Shown: positions 26,973 through 37,100, counted from the stretch's first letter. The stretch: DNA of 64,000 nt from an uncultured Acidimicrobiia bacterium (GCA_903921205.1 CAIXPF010000032.1:2710-66709); one strand, 5' to 3'. Notes: generated by a model from the letters alone, not told the origin. Translations and numbers: made by a program.

Positions 26973-29011
26973 GTGCTGACGAAGAACGGATCGCCCTCTT
27001 CCTCGACTACGAGAACCTGGCCATCGGCGCACGCGAGAACCTCGGAGGCATGGTCTTCGACTTCAAGCCCGTCGCCGACGCCCTGGCCGAGCGGGGCCGT
27101 GTGGTCACCCGCCGGGCGTACGCCGACTGGCTGAAGTTCGGTGAGGACGGTCGGATGCTCACCCGCTTCCACGTCGAGCTGATCGAGATCCCCCAGCGCA
27201 TGGGCTCTGTACGCAAGAACGCCGCCGACATCAAGATGGCCGTCGACGCCGTGGAGCTGTGCCTCGAGCGCGACTACATCACCACCTTCGTCCTCGGCAC
27301 CGGCGACAGCGACTTCACCCCGCTGGTGCACAAGCTGCGCGAGCACAACAAGCAGGTCATCGGACTGGGCGTACAGATGTCCACCTCCGCCCTGCTGCCA
27401 CCGGCCTGCGACGAGTTCCTGTTCTACGAACGACTCGAGGGCGTGGAGGTCCCCAAGCGACGCATCATCGTGCCGCGCGGTTCCGGCGGACGACGCCGCA
27501 GGCCGCAGGTCGGTGACGTGGGCGAGCTCGGCGAGATCAGCGAGACCACCGAAGCCGCCGACGCCGAGACCACCGTCGTGGAAGCCGGCGCCGAGGCACC
27601 CGCCACCATCGAACAGCTCGAGCGCCTGGTCACCCAGACGCTGGCCGGGCTCGAGCGCACCAGCGGCGCCGTACGGGCCTCGTCACTCAAGCGGGCGATC
27701 CTGCGCAAGGAATCCACCTTCAACGAGGCCGATCACGGCTTCCGGGGCTTCACCGAGCTGCTGCGCAGCCTGGCCGAGCGTGGGGTGATCGAGCTCGCCG
27801 AGAGCTCCAGCCCCGGCGACCCAGACGTGCAGTTCCCCAGCGACGGCAACCTCGGCGAGGTCGGCCACGCCTTCGAGCTGCTCGCCGCCACCGTCGAACG
27901 GCTCGCCCCCGAGGGCAGCAACGGAACCCCGCTGTCGGGTCTGAAGACCCAGCTACGCCGGGCGCAGAGCGAGTTCAGCGAGAAGCGGTTCGGTTTCGGC
28001 GGGTTCCTGCAGTTCGCCAAGGCCGCCGTGGCCCGCGGCATCGTCGCCATGGAGTGGAACGACGACGCCGACGACTACCTGCTGACCCCCGTTCCCGGGC
28101 GACCGAGGCTCGAACCTGCCCCGGCGGCACCTACCACCGGACCCGCTGCTGTGACCGACACCGCAACCGCGACCGAAACCGGCGTGTCCGCATCGGGGAC
28201 GGAACCGACCGCACGTGCTGCGACCGCAACGGCGCCCGACGCGACCGCAACCGGCGCCACCGGCCGATCGGAGCTCGCGTCGGCCGGCGACGGTGACGCC
28301 ACCGTCGACCCCGGGCTGGCAGCACGGCCGCGTCGTGGCCGCGGCGGACGAGGACGTGGCCGCGGCGGACGAGGCGAGGACGAAACCGGCGTGACCGGCT
28401 CGCCCGCCGACGACGCCACCGCCGAGGCCACCCCGGCTGCTTCGACCGTCACGACCGCAGTGCCCGGGGCAGCCGGCACCGGCGAAGCGACCGGCCCCGG
28501 CGCAACCGCGGGGAACGAGCCGAGCGACTCCGATGAGGCGGCCGGAACCGCCACGACAGCCGGGCCCGTGGCCACCGCTGGACCCGGCGCCGGGCCGCTA
28601 CTGCCCGAACCGGCCGCAGCCGACGGGGCCACCCCTGCGACCGTGCTCGAGGCGGCTCCGTCCGAGCCGCTGGGCGAAGCGGCCACACCGACCGACGCCA
28701 CCGCCGACGACACCACCGCCGAGGCGCCGAAACGCCGGCGGCGGGCCCCGGCACGCAAAGCCGGCGCCGAAGGCGAGGGCACGGCCGGCACCGCCGGCGC
28801 CGCCGGCGAGGGCACGGCCGGCACCTCCGGCGCCACGACCGGCGCCACGACCGACCCGGCCGCCACGACGGTCGACGCGGGCGTTCCGGCAGCAGAGGCG
28901 AGCGGTGACGCCGAGTCGGCCGCCGCGCCGGTCAAGAAGCCGGCTGCGCGACGTCGTCGGACCACCAAGGCCGACGAGGCCGCGGCACCGTCACCGACGG
29001 CGGAGAGCTGA
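26969..29011 (+). CDS. NYN (LabA-like PIN-fold) domain protein with two OST-HTH/LOTUS domains and a long low-complexity RGG-containing tail
   Basis: N-terminus IALFLDYENL...RRAYADW...KNAADIKMAVD...LGTGDSDFTPLVHKLRE. Two ...FGF.GF..L...A..G.. LOTUS-like modules follow. The last roughly 300 aa are Ala/Thr/Gly/Pro-rich, with RPRRGRGGRGRGRGGRG and a basic C-terminus. Confidence 0.8.
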   Translation: MSADEERIALFLDYENLAIGARENLGGMVFDFKPVADALAERGRVVTRRAYADWLKFGEDGRMLTRFHVELIEIPQRMGSVRKNAADIKMAVDAVELCLERDYITTFVLGTGDSDFTPLVHKLREHNKQVIGLGVQMSTSALLPPACDEFLFYERLEGVEVPKRRIIVPRGSGGRRRRPQVGDVGELGEISETTEAADAETTVVEAGAEAPATIEQLERLVTQTLAGLERTSGAVRASSLKRAILRKESTFNEADHGFRGFTELLRSLAERGVIELAESSSPGDPDVQFPSDGNLGEVGHAFELLAATVERLAPEGSNGTPLSGLKTQLRRAQSEFSEKRFGFGGFLQFAKAAVARGIVAMEWNDDADDYLLTPVPGRPRLEPAPAAPTTGPAAVTDTATATETGVSASGTEPTARAATATAPDATATGATGRSELASAGDGDATVDPGLAARPRRGRGGRGRGRGGRGEDETGVTGSPADDATAEATPAASTVTTAVPGAAGTGEATGPGATAGNEPSDSDEAAGTATTAGPVATAGPGAGPLLPEPAAADGATPATVLEAAPSEPLGEAATPTDATADDTTAEAPKRRRRAPARKAGAEGEGTAGTAGAAGEGTAGTSGATTGATTDPAATTVDAGVPAAEASGDAESAAAPVKKPAARRRRTTKADEAAAPSPTAES

Positions 29012-29022
29012 CCGTCCGGCGC

Positions 29023-29068
29023 CAGCCGTGATCATCCGGGGTGGCACCATACCGTTGGGTATGGTGCC
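29023..29068. terminator. Perfect 21-bp-stem hairpin (loop GTTG) between convergent genes. Candidate bidirectional terminator
   Basis: CATCCGGGGTGGCACCATACC-GTTG-GGTATGGTGCCACCCCGGATG, read directly. Confidence 0.6.
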
Positions 29069-29146
29069 ACCCCGGATGCGTTTCCGGCTGCGGGAGGGGT
29101 CGTCCCGGAGCCCACCGGACACGCACCGGTGCCGGCGTGGGCGGGG

Positions 29147-30703
29147 TCAGGGCCGGTAGGTCCAGCTGACCGGACCGGCCTGGCGCGACGGGGCGACCAG
29201 GTTGGCCCAGCGGCACAGCAGCGATCGGGTATCCCGGGGGTCGATGACCTCTTCGATCTCGAACGGCTCGGCGGACCGGAACGGGCTGCGATAGAGGTTC
29301 AGCCGATCGCGGATCTTGCCGACCTCCCGGTCGAAGTCCTCACCCTCGAACGGCGCCAACTCCGCCTTGTAGGCCACCTCGAGCCCGCCTTCGATCGGCA
29401 GCGAGCCCCAGTCCCCGGACGGCCAGGAGTAGCGGAAGTGGGTCGTCGCGCCCTTGTGGTTCGCCGCGCCGGCCACCCCGAACGCCTTGCGGATGATCAC
29501 GCAGCAGAACGGGCTGCGGGACTGCCCGAGCGCGGCGAGCGCCATCGACCCGAGCCGGATGGTGGCCTCCTCCTCGGACTGCTTGCCGATGAGGAACCCC
29601 GGGCAGTCCTCGAGGTGGATCAACGGCAGGTGGAACATCGACGCCAGGTCGATGAACCGGGTCAGCTTGCGGCTCGATGCCGCCGTCCACGCCCCACCGT
29701 ACTGGTAGGGATCCTCGGCGAAGATGGCCACCGGCCAGCCGTCGAGCCGTGCGAACCCGGTGATGACCGACTTGCCCCAGCCCTTGCCCATCTCGAAGAA
29801 GCTGCCGAGGTCGACGACGCTGTCGATGATCTCCCGCATCTTGTAGACCCGCCGCTGCTCGCGGGGGACGATCTTGATCAGCTTCTCGTCACGTCGGTTC
29901 GCATCGTCGGTGATCGGACCCCGCGGCGGCAGCTCCCACACGTTCTGCGGCAGGTAGGACAGGAACCGGCGGGCCCGCTCGAAGGCCTCCTCCTCGGTGG
30001 CGACCATGTCGTCGATCGCACCGTTGGAGGTGTGGATCGAGGCGTGACCGAGTTCCTCCTTGGACACCTCGCCGAGCGAGGCCTGATCGACCAGCGCCGG
30101 ACCGGCGATCATCATCTGCGCCGTCTCGGCCACGATCACCGAGTAGTGGCTCGTCGCCACCCGTGCCGCACCGATCCCGGCCACCGAACCGAGTGCGAGC
30201 GCCACCGAGGGTGCAACGCCGAGGTGTTCGACGACGGTCTCCCAGCCGGACATCTGCGGGATGTTGGTGCGGCCCTTGATCTCGATCATCTTCACCGAAC
30301 CGCCACCACCCATCCCGTCGACGAGGCGGATGTGGGGCAACCGCAGCTCGACGGCGATGCGCTCGGCGAAATCGCGCTTGGCGGGGATCGTGAACTCGTT
30401 GGACCCGCCGCGCACGGTGAAGTCGTCGCCCGAGACGATCACCGGCCGGCCGTTCACCTCGGCGGTACCGCACAGGAAGTTGGCCGGGATGAACGAGACG
30501 AGCTTGCCGTCCTCGTCGTAGGTGCCCACCCCGGCGGTGGACCCGACCTCCTCGAACGAACCCGGATCAGCGAACGCGGCGAACCGTTCACGCACGGTCA
30601 GCTTGCCTGCCGCCTTCTGGCGTGCGACCCGCTCGGCGCCGCCCATCTCGGCAGCGAGGCGCTGTCGTTCCCGCAGTTCATCGATCTCCGGCTGCCAGCT
30701 CAT
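29147..30703 (-). CDS. acyl-CoA carboxylase carboxyltransferase (beta) subunit
   Basis: 518 aa from ATG 30703 (MSWQPEIDELRERQ...). Both carboxyltransferase halves are present (GDDFTVRGGS, VDGMGGGG, PLIHLEDCPGF, RKAFGVAG). The track ORF start at 30934 is an extension. Confidence 0.85.
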   Translation of the reverse strand: MSWQPEIDELRERQRLAAEMGGAERVARQKAAGKLTVRERFAAFADPGSFEEVGSTAGVGTYDEDGKLVSFIPANFLCGTAEVNGRPVIVSGDDFTVRGGSNEFTIPAKRDFAERIAVELRLPHIRLVDGMGGGGSVKMIEIKGRTNIPQMSGWETVVEHLGVAPSVALALGSVAGIGAARVATSHYSVIVAETAQMMIAGPALVDQASLGEVSKEELGHASIHTSNGAIDDMVATEEEAFERARRFLSYLPQNVWELPPRGPITDDANRRDEKLIKIVPREQRRVYKMREIIDSVVDLGSFFEMGKGWGKSVITGFARLDGWPVAIFAEDPYQYGGAWTAASSRKLTRFIDLASMFHLPLIHLEDCPGFLIGKQSEEEATIRLGSMALAALGQSRSPFCCVIIRKAFGVAGAANHKGATTHFRYSWPSGDWGSLPIEGGLEVAYKAELAPFEGEDFDREVGKIRDRLNLYRSPFRSAEPFEIEEVIDPRDTRSLLCRWANLVAPSRQAGPVSWTYRP

Positions 30704-30849
30704 CGGTGTCTCATCTCCCCCATCGGCCCGCGCGGCCACGTCTGCGGATCCTACGTTCGCCCTGTTGCCCGGTTCCCATCCACCCCTCGGCCCGCCGGAC
30801 CGGGCACCACCCCACCCCCACGCCCCGTGCCCGACCGGCACCCATCTAC

Positions 30850-30958
30850 CGAATCGACACCGAATCGCTCCACGCCTACCGAATCGACACCGAATCGCTC
30901 CACGCCTACCGAATCGACGGCGAATCGCCGCCACGCGCGCCGAATCGACGGCGAATCG
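30850..30958. repeat. Array of eight identical CGAATCG heptamers arranged as four 7-4-7 pairs, with pairs spaced at 30-31 bp
   Basis: Heptamer starts are 30850, 30861, 30880, 30891, 30910, 30921, 30941 and 30952. The first two 30-bp units are identical. Units 3 and 4 diverge in the spacers but not in the heptamers. Confidence 0.9.
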
Positions 30959-31128
30959 GCTCGGGGGCCCGCATGGTCGGGGCTCGTCGGTGGACCGTGG
31001 CGGTTCGTTCCGGGCGCGGCGGGAAAGGCAGCGATTTCCTCAACACCTCGCGGCCTTCTCGACGCGTTCGCACTGGCGAGCTCCGGGGCTGAGGCCGTCC
31101 TGGCGAGACGAGCAGCTGCGGACGCGCA

Positions 31129-31156
31129 CGTGCCCCGCCCAGAGGGACGGGGCACG
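31129..31156 (-). terminator. Hairpin about 30 nt downstream of the crotonase stop
   Basis: CGTGCCCCGCCC-AGAG-GGACGGGGCACG (11 of 12 positions paired). No U-tract. Confidence 0.35.
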
Positions 31157-31185
31157 ACGGGGACCGGGGTGACCGGGGTGGTTCG

Positions 31186-31950
31186 TTACTGGCCGGTCCA
31201 GTTCGGCGAGCGCTTCTCGGCGAACGCCGTGGCACCCTCGATGGCGTCCTTCGAGGCGAACACCGAGGACAGCACCGTGTCCTGGTAGGCCCAGAACTCG
31301 GCCTCGGTGCGACCCTGCTGCTCACGGATGAGCTGCTTCGAGGCGGCGAGGCCCAGCGGGGCGTTGCGGGCGATGCGCTCGGCCAGCTCCAGCGCCACGT
31401 TCAGCGCCTCGCCCGGCTCGACCAACCGGTTCACCAGGCCGAGGTCGTAGGCCCGCTCGGCGGTGATGGGATCGGCGGTGAGCGCCATCTCCATGGCCAG
31501 CCCGTAGGGCAGCACCCGGGGAAGGCGCAGCAGCGCGCCGGCACCGGCGAACAGGCCCACACCGACCTCGGGGATGCCCAGCCGGGTGCCCTTCGATGCG
31601 ACGAGCAGGTCGCAGGACAGGGCGATCTCGAGGCCGCCTGCCAGGGCGAAACCCTCGACCGCAGCGATCAGCGGCTTGGTCGCCGCCCGCTCGGTGATCC
31701 CGGCGAAACCCCGGCCGGGCAGGTTCGGCATCCCGCCCTCGACGAAGGCCTTGAGATCCATGCCGGCGGAGAAACCCTTGCCGTTGCCGCAGAGCACACC
31801 CACCGACAGCTCCGGGCTGCTGTCGAGCTTGTCGAGGGCCGCGGCGAGCGCCTCCGCCAGATCGCGGTTGACCGAGTTGCGCTGCTCCGGCCGGTTCAGC
31901 GTGATCAGCAGGACCTTGCCCCGCGCTTCGGTGAGAACTTCATCTGCCAT
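31186..31950 (-). CDS. enoyl-CoA hydratase/isomerase (crotonase) family protein
   Basis: LNRPEQRNS, GKGFSAGMDLK and AVEGFALAGGLE motifs. AGGAG lies 9 nt upstream. Confidence 0.85.
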   Translation of the reverse strand: MADEVLTEARGKVLLITLNRPEQRNSVNRDLAEALAAALDKLDSSPELSVGVLCGNGKGFSAGMDLKAFVEGGMPNLPGRGFAGITERAATKPLIAAVEGFALAGGLEIALSCDLLVASKGTRLGIPEVGVGLFAGAGALLRLPRVLPYGLAMEMALTADPITAERAYDLGLVNRLVEPGEALNVALELAERIARNAPLGLAASKQLIREQQGRTEAEFWAYQDTVLSSVFASKDAIEGATAFAEKRSPNWTGQ

Positions 31951-32034
31951 GGTGTCGTACTCCTGTCGACGTTGTCGTGGTCGTTGTGGTGGTGGCGGGC
32001 GTGTCGGTGGGCGCGATCAGCGAAGCGGCCGTGG

Positions 32035-33084
32035 TCAGTCGACCCACGCCTTGACCTTCTCGATGACCTCGCGGGGGTTCTCTCCCACCGGCTCGATCAT
32101 CAGGTGGGTCACCCCGACCTCCTTGAAGACGGCGATGCGCTCGCGGACGAAGCCCTCGTCCCCGCACATGGTGGCCATGTCGAGGTAGGCGTCGGGGATC
32201 TTGGTGAACGCCTCCTCCCGACGGCCACCCAGGAACAGATCCTGGATCTCCTTGGCCTCGGCCTCCCAGCCGTAGCGGCAGAACAGGTCGTTGTAGAAGT
32301 TCTTGTCGCGAGCGCCCATGCCCCCGACGTAGAAGCCGGCGTTGGCCCGAGCCCGCTCGCGGGCTTCCTTCACGTAGGGATCGTTCTTGCCGCCGATCGC
32401 CACCGGGCCGCCACCCATGATCTGCAGTGGGCCCCGGGCGGCGTCACGCTTGGCCTCGCCGGCCCGGATCGAGTCGCCCCACACGTCGCGGAACTTGTCG
32501 GGCACGAAGAAGATCGGCTGCCACCCCTCGGCCACCTCGGCGGCGAGCTCGACGTTCTTGGGCCCGATGGCGGCGATCCACACCGGGATGTCCGCACGCT
32601 GCAGCTGCCCCATGAACTTGAGCGGCTTGCCCAGACCGGACCCACCGTGCGCCTCGTCGAGGGGCAGGTGATAGGCCTTGCCGTCGTGGATCAACGGCTC
32701 GCGGTTCCACACCTTGCGGCAGATCTCGATGACCTCACGGGTGCGCTGCAGCGGCTTGTCGTAGGGCAGGCCGTGCCAACCCTCGATGACCTGCGGGCCC
32801 GAGGTCCCGAGACCGAGATGGAAGCGGCCGCCGGAGAGGGCGTCGATGGTGGCGGCCACCTGGGCGATCAGCGCCGGGGTCCGGCTGTAGACCGGGAAGA
32901 TGCCGGTCATCAGCTCGATCGTGGTGGTCTGGCCCGCGAGGTAGGCCAGCGACGACCCGAGATCGAACCCGTAGATCTCACCGCCCCACACCAGGTCGAC
33001 ACCCGAGGCCTCGAGGCCCTGGACCCGCTTGGCGAACTTCTGCGGGTTCCCGTCGAAGAACCCCATACCCATTGCGATCTTCAT
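32035..33084 (-). CDS. LLM-class (luciferase-like) F420-dependent oxidoreductase
   Basis: 349 aa from ATG 33084 (MKIAMGMGFF...). SGGRFHLGLGTSGPQVIEGWHG motif. Confidence 0.8.
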   Translation of the reverse strand: MKIAMGMGFFDGNPQKFAKRVQGLEASGVDLVWGGEIYGFDLGSSLAYLAGQTTTIELMTGIFPVYSRTPALIAQVAATIDALSGGRFHLGLGTSGPQVIEGWHGLPYDKPLQRTREVIEICRKVWNREPLIHDGKAYHLPLDEAHGGSGLGKPLKFMGQLQRADIPVWIAAIGPKNVELAAEVAEGWQPIFFVPDKFRDVWGDSIRAGEAKRDAARGPLQIMGGGPVAIGGKNDPYVKEARERARANAGFYVGGMGARDKNFYNDLFCRYGWEAEAKEIQDLFLGGRREEAFTKIPDAYLDMATMCGDEGFVRERIAVFKEVGVTHLMIEPVGENPREVIEKVKAWVD

Positions 33085-33190
33085 GCCTGATCCCCATCGG
33101 TCGAACGGCGCTGCGCAGCGACGATAGCCCGCGCCCGGTCGGGGGTGCCCGCCACGGGCCCGCCCTGCCGCGGGCACGCGCCGCAGCCGC

Positions 33191-33991
33191 TCAGTAGTGG
33201 ATGACCCCGAGCTGCCCGCCGCCACAGGCAATGGCGTCGCCGTTGACCGCGACCGAACGCGGCGAGGCCAGGAAGGCCACCAGGTCGGCCACCTCCTCGG
33301 AGTCCACGATGCGGCCCAGCGCGCTGCCGGCGCCCATGCGGCGCTCCATCTCGGCCTCGTCGACCCCGGCATCGGCGGCACGCGCGGCGATCACCGCCGG
33401 GGTGCGCTCGGTCCGGGTGAGCCCCGGATGGACCACCGTCACGTTGATGCCCTGGCGGCCGAGCTCGTCGCCGAGGTTCTTGGTCAGCGCGGCCACGCCG
33501 ACGTTGCGGACCGAGCCGATCGCCGACCCGGTGCTGCGGGCGCCCAGCCCGGAGATGTTGATGATGCGACCCCAGCCCTTGGCGATCATGTGTGGCGCCG
33601 CGGCCCGGGCGCAGCGCAGGTACCCCATCACCTTGACGTTGACGTCGTCCCAGAACAGCTCGGTGGTGATGTCCGCCAGCTTCGGCGGGGTGGCCTGGCC
33701 CAGCGGCTTCGCGGCGTTGTTCACCAGGATGTCGAGGCCGCCGAGCTGCTCGACGCAGGTGGCGACCATGGCCTCGACCGACGCGTCGTCACCGGTGTCG
33801 ACCACCACCGGCAGCACCCGCCGGCCGGTCTGCGCCGCGAGCTCCGCCGCCGACGCAGCGAGCGCATCGGCGTCACGGCCGGCGATCATCACGTCGCACC
33901 CCTCGGCGGCGAGCGCCCGGGCGATGGCCTTGCCGATCCCCCGGGTCCCGCCGGTCACCAACGCCCGCTTGCCGTCCAACTGCAGATCCAT
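33191..33991 (-). CDS. SDR family oxidoreductase
   Basis: TGGTRGIG and NNAA motifs. An SDR core with catalytic S and Y..K-like positions. Confidence 0.8.
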   Translation of the reverse strand: MDLQLDGKRALVTGGTRGIGKAIARALAAEGCDVMIAGRDADALAASAAELAAQTGRRVLPVVVDTGDDASVEAMVATCVEQLGGLDILVNNAAKPLGQATPPKLADITTELFWDDVNVKVMGYLRCARAAAPHMIAKGWGRIINISGLGARSTGSAIGSVRNVGVAALTKNLGDELGRQGINVTVVHPGLTRTERTPAVIAARAADAGVDEAEMERRMGAGSALGRIVDSEEVADLVAFLASPRSVAVNGDAIACGGGQLGVIHY

Positions 33992-34030
33992 CGCCGCAGC
34001 ATGGCACAGGCCGTACCCAGCGGCACGCGG

Positions 34031-34062
34031 GCCGGCCCGGCCGCCGAAGCAGCCGGGCCGGC
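34031..34062 (-). terminator. 10-bp GC stem hairpin downstream of the oxidoreductase gene
   Basis: GCCGGCCCGG-12 nt-CCGGGCCGGC. Confidence 0.3.
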
Positions 34063-34130
34063 GGAACGCAGCCAGAACACCTGGACCGGGATGGCGAGCG
34101 GGTCAGCGCCCGATCAGCCCGCCCGGCGGA

Positions 34131-37100
34131 TCACAGTCCGAGCTTTGACTTCAGACGGGCGAGGTCGGAGTGGTACACGTCGACGCTCTCGAGCTTGATG
34201 TCCTCGTAGCCCCGGATGCCGTCGGGCAGCGACGCCAGCGCCACCGCATCGGCGGAGTTGGCCTCATCGACCCGGCCTGCCAGCTTCTCGACCAAGCCCT
34301 TGTACTCCTTGATCAGCTCGCGCTCCACCCGGCGGACCTTCGCCCGCCCGAACGGGTCGACCGGGGTACCACGCAGACGCTTGCCCTTGCGCAGCTGTGC
34401 GAGCACCGGGGTGAACCACGGCCCCAGCTCCAGCTTCGAATCGAGCCCGAGCGCTCGCAGCATCGGCGGATGCAGGTGGTAGGTCACCTTCATGCCCGGG
34501 CCGACCTCGTTCTCGACGTGCAGCCGGGCGGCCTCCTCGAGGTGCAGACGGGCCACCTCGTACTCGTCCTTGTAGGCCATCAGCTTGTAGAGGTTGCGAG
34601 CCACCGCCTCGGCGAAGGCGCGGTCGCCGGAGCCGGTCACCTTCTGCACCGTGTCGAGGTAGGCCGCGGCGTACCTGGCGTCCTGGTACTCGACCAGATC
34701 GGCGGCACGCAGCCGGACGATGCGGCCCAGCTCGCCGTCGCCGAGGCCGCGACGCACGATGTCGGCCTCGAGCTCGGCGGACGCCCTGGGCAGCTTGTCG
34801 GCCGGGTGCTGGGAGGCCGCGTCCACCGCCGAGGGGTCGATCGCCCACATGCGGCCCCAGCGGAACGCCGCCTTGTTGGCCTCGATGGCCGCACCGTTGA
34901 GCTCGATGGCCTGCTCGATGGCCTGCGCCGAGATGGGCAGGCAGCCGAGCTGGTAGGCCACGCCGAGCTGCAGGACGTTGGCGGTGGTCGAATCGCCGAA
35001 CAGACCGAGGGCCACCTCGCCGGCATCGAGGTAACGGTTCTCGCCGGCCCGGGTGACCGCATCGAGGTCGGCGCGCAGGTCGGCGTCGGAGGGGTACGTG
35101 GCCCGGGGGTCACGCAGCATCGATCCGGTCGGCGACTTGGCGGTGGACACCACGGCGACCGTACGGCCCGGTGCGCAGCCGCTGAGGTTGTTGGCCATCA
35201 GCGCCACCAACTGGTCGAACACCAGGTACAGGTCGACCTCGCCGGCGGAGGTCTTGTTGGAGCCCTCGACCGGTTCGGTGGTGATGCGGATGTCGGACAC
35301 CACCGGGCCCGCCTTCTGCGACAGGCCGGTCTGGTCGAGCCCCGACACGAACTTGCCGTCGAGGGTGGCGGCGGTCCCGAGCACCTGGGACACGGTCACC
35401 ACGCCGGTACCACCGATACCGGGCATGCGCACGGTGGCGTCGGTGGCCGACACCCGCAGCGTCGGCTCGACCAACCTCGACAGGTCCAGCACCGGGGTAC
35501 GGCGGGCACCGCCCTCGGCCCGGCTCACCGCCGCAGCACCCTTGCCGCCCTTGGCCGGCACCACGCTGAGGAACGACGGGCAGTCGCCGGCCAGGCAGGA
35601 GTAGTCCTTGTTGCACGAGGACTGGTGGATCCGGGTCTTGCGGCCGAACTCGGTCTCGACCGGCTGCACCGACAGGCAGTTCGAGGTCATGCCGCAATCG
35701 CCGCAGCCCTCGCACACCCGCTCGTTGATGACGATACGGGTGGCGGGGTCGGCCACCTTGCCACGCTTGCGGTCGCGCCGCTTCTCGGCCGCGCACTGCT
35801 GGTCGTGGATCAGCACCGTGACCCCGGGGACCTTGCGCAGCTCCTCCTGGGCCTCGATGATGCGTTCACGGGCCCACACCTCGACCCCCGGGGCGAGATC
35901 GATGCCCTTGTACTTGCCCCGGTCGTCGGTGGTGACGATGGTGCGGGCCACCCCTTCGCTGCGCAGCCAGTAGCTCAGCTGCGGCACCGACATCGCCCCG
36001 GCGGCATCCTGGCCGCCGGTCATGGCCACCGCGCCGTTGTAGAGGATCTTGAAGGTCAGGTGCGACCCGGCGGCCACCGCGGCCCGCACCGACAACGACC
36101 CGGAGTGGGCGAAGGTGCCGTCGCCCATGTTCTGGATGAAGTGGTCCGTACCGACGAAGGGCTCGATCCCGATCCAGTTGCTGCCCTCGCCGCCCATCTG
36201 GGTGATGCCCATGATGTTGCCGACGCGGGCCGGGTCCATCATCGTGACCATGCCGGAGCAACCGATGCCGGCGCCGACCGCCGAGCCCTCGGGCACCTTG
36301 GTGCCGGTGTTGTGCGGGCAGCCCGAGCAGAAGTACGGCGTACGGCTCGGCAACAGCTCGATCTTCTTCTTGATGCCGATCGCCGGCGCGGGCTGCGGTC
36401 CCTTGAGGCGCTGCGGGTCGATGCGGGTCGACAGGCGGCGGAACAGCGGCTCGATGAGGTAGTCGGCGTCGAGCGCGCCCCACGACTGCACCAGCGCCCG
36501 ACCGTCGGGATCGGTCTTGCCGGTGATCAGCGGCGCACCGGTTACGCCGTAGAGGGCCTCCTTGAGGTGCAGCTCGAGGAAGTTGCGCTTCTCCTCGACG
36601 ACGAACACCTCGGCGAGCCCCTTGGTGAGCCGGCGCATCACCCCGGCGTCGAGGGGGTACATCATCCCGATCTGGATCATGCGGATGCCGAGCGCCGGCA
36701 GGTCGGCCTCGCCGAGGCCCAACGAGTGCAGCGCCTGCAGGACCTCGTGGTACAGCCGGCCCGAGGCCATGATGCCGATCCAGGCGTCGGGGCTGTCGAT
36801 GGTGACCTTGTTCAGGTTGTTCTCGGCGCCGTACAGGCGGGCCACCTGCAGGCGGGCCTCGTACAGCTCACGTTCGATGCCGTTGGTCGTGGGCGGACCG
36901 ACGCTGCCGGTCACGGTGGCCTGGAACGGCTTGCCCTCGTAGAGGAACGTCGGCATGACCGGGCGGATCCGGTCCGGGCCGACCTCGGCGTTGGCGACGC
37001 CGTCGGCCACCGACGTGACGATCTTGACCGAGCTCCACAGCCCACTGGCACGCGACAGGTAGACGCCGTGACGGGCGAGGTCGAGCACCTCCTGGACGTT

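Noticed and set aside
30850-30958. Whether the 30-bp repeat array (and the 17-bp x3 array at 42097-42147) could be a small CRISPR array.
   Set aside because: The units are directly adjacent with no unique spacers, the repeats are too short and too few, and there are no cas genes in the window.
30522-31325. ORFs spanning the carboxyltransferase upstream gap: 30522..31172 +, 30622..31092 +, 30751..31155 -, 30906..31325 -. Their repeat-derived peptides (RIDTESLHAY x2, or FGVDSVGVER x2) might suggest a repeat protein.
   Set aside because: Within the repeats the third-position GC is only about 60% in the best frame, against about 90% in real genes here. The peptides are Arg/Pro/Gly-rich with no start signal. 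The heptamer conservation pattern fits DNA-level rather than codon-level selection.
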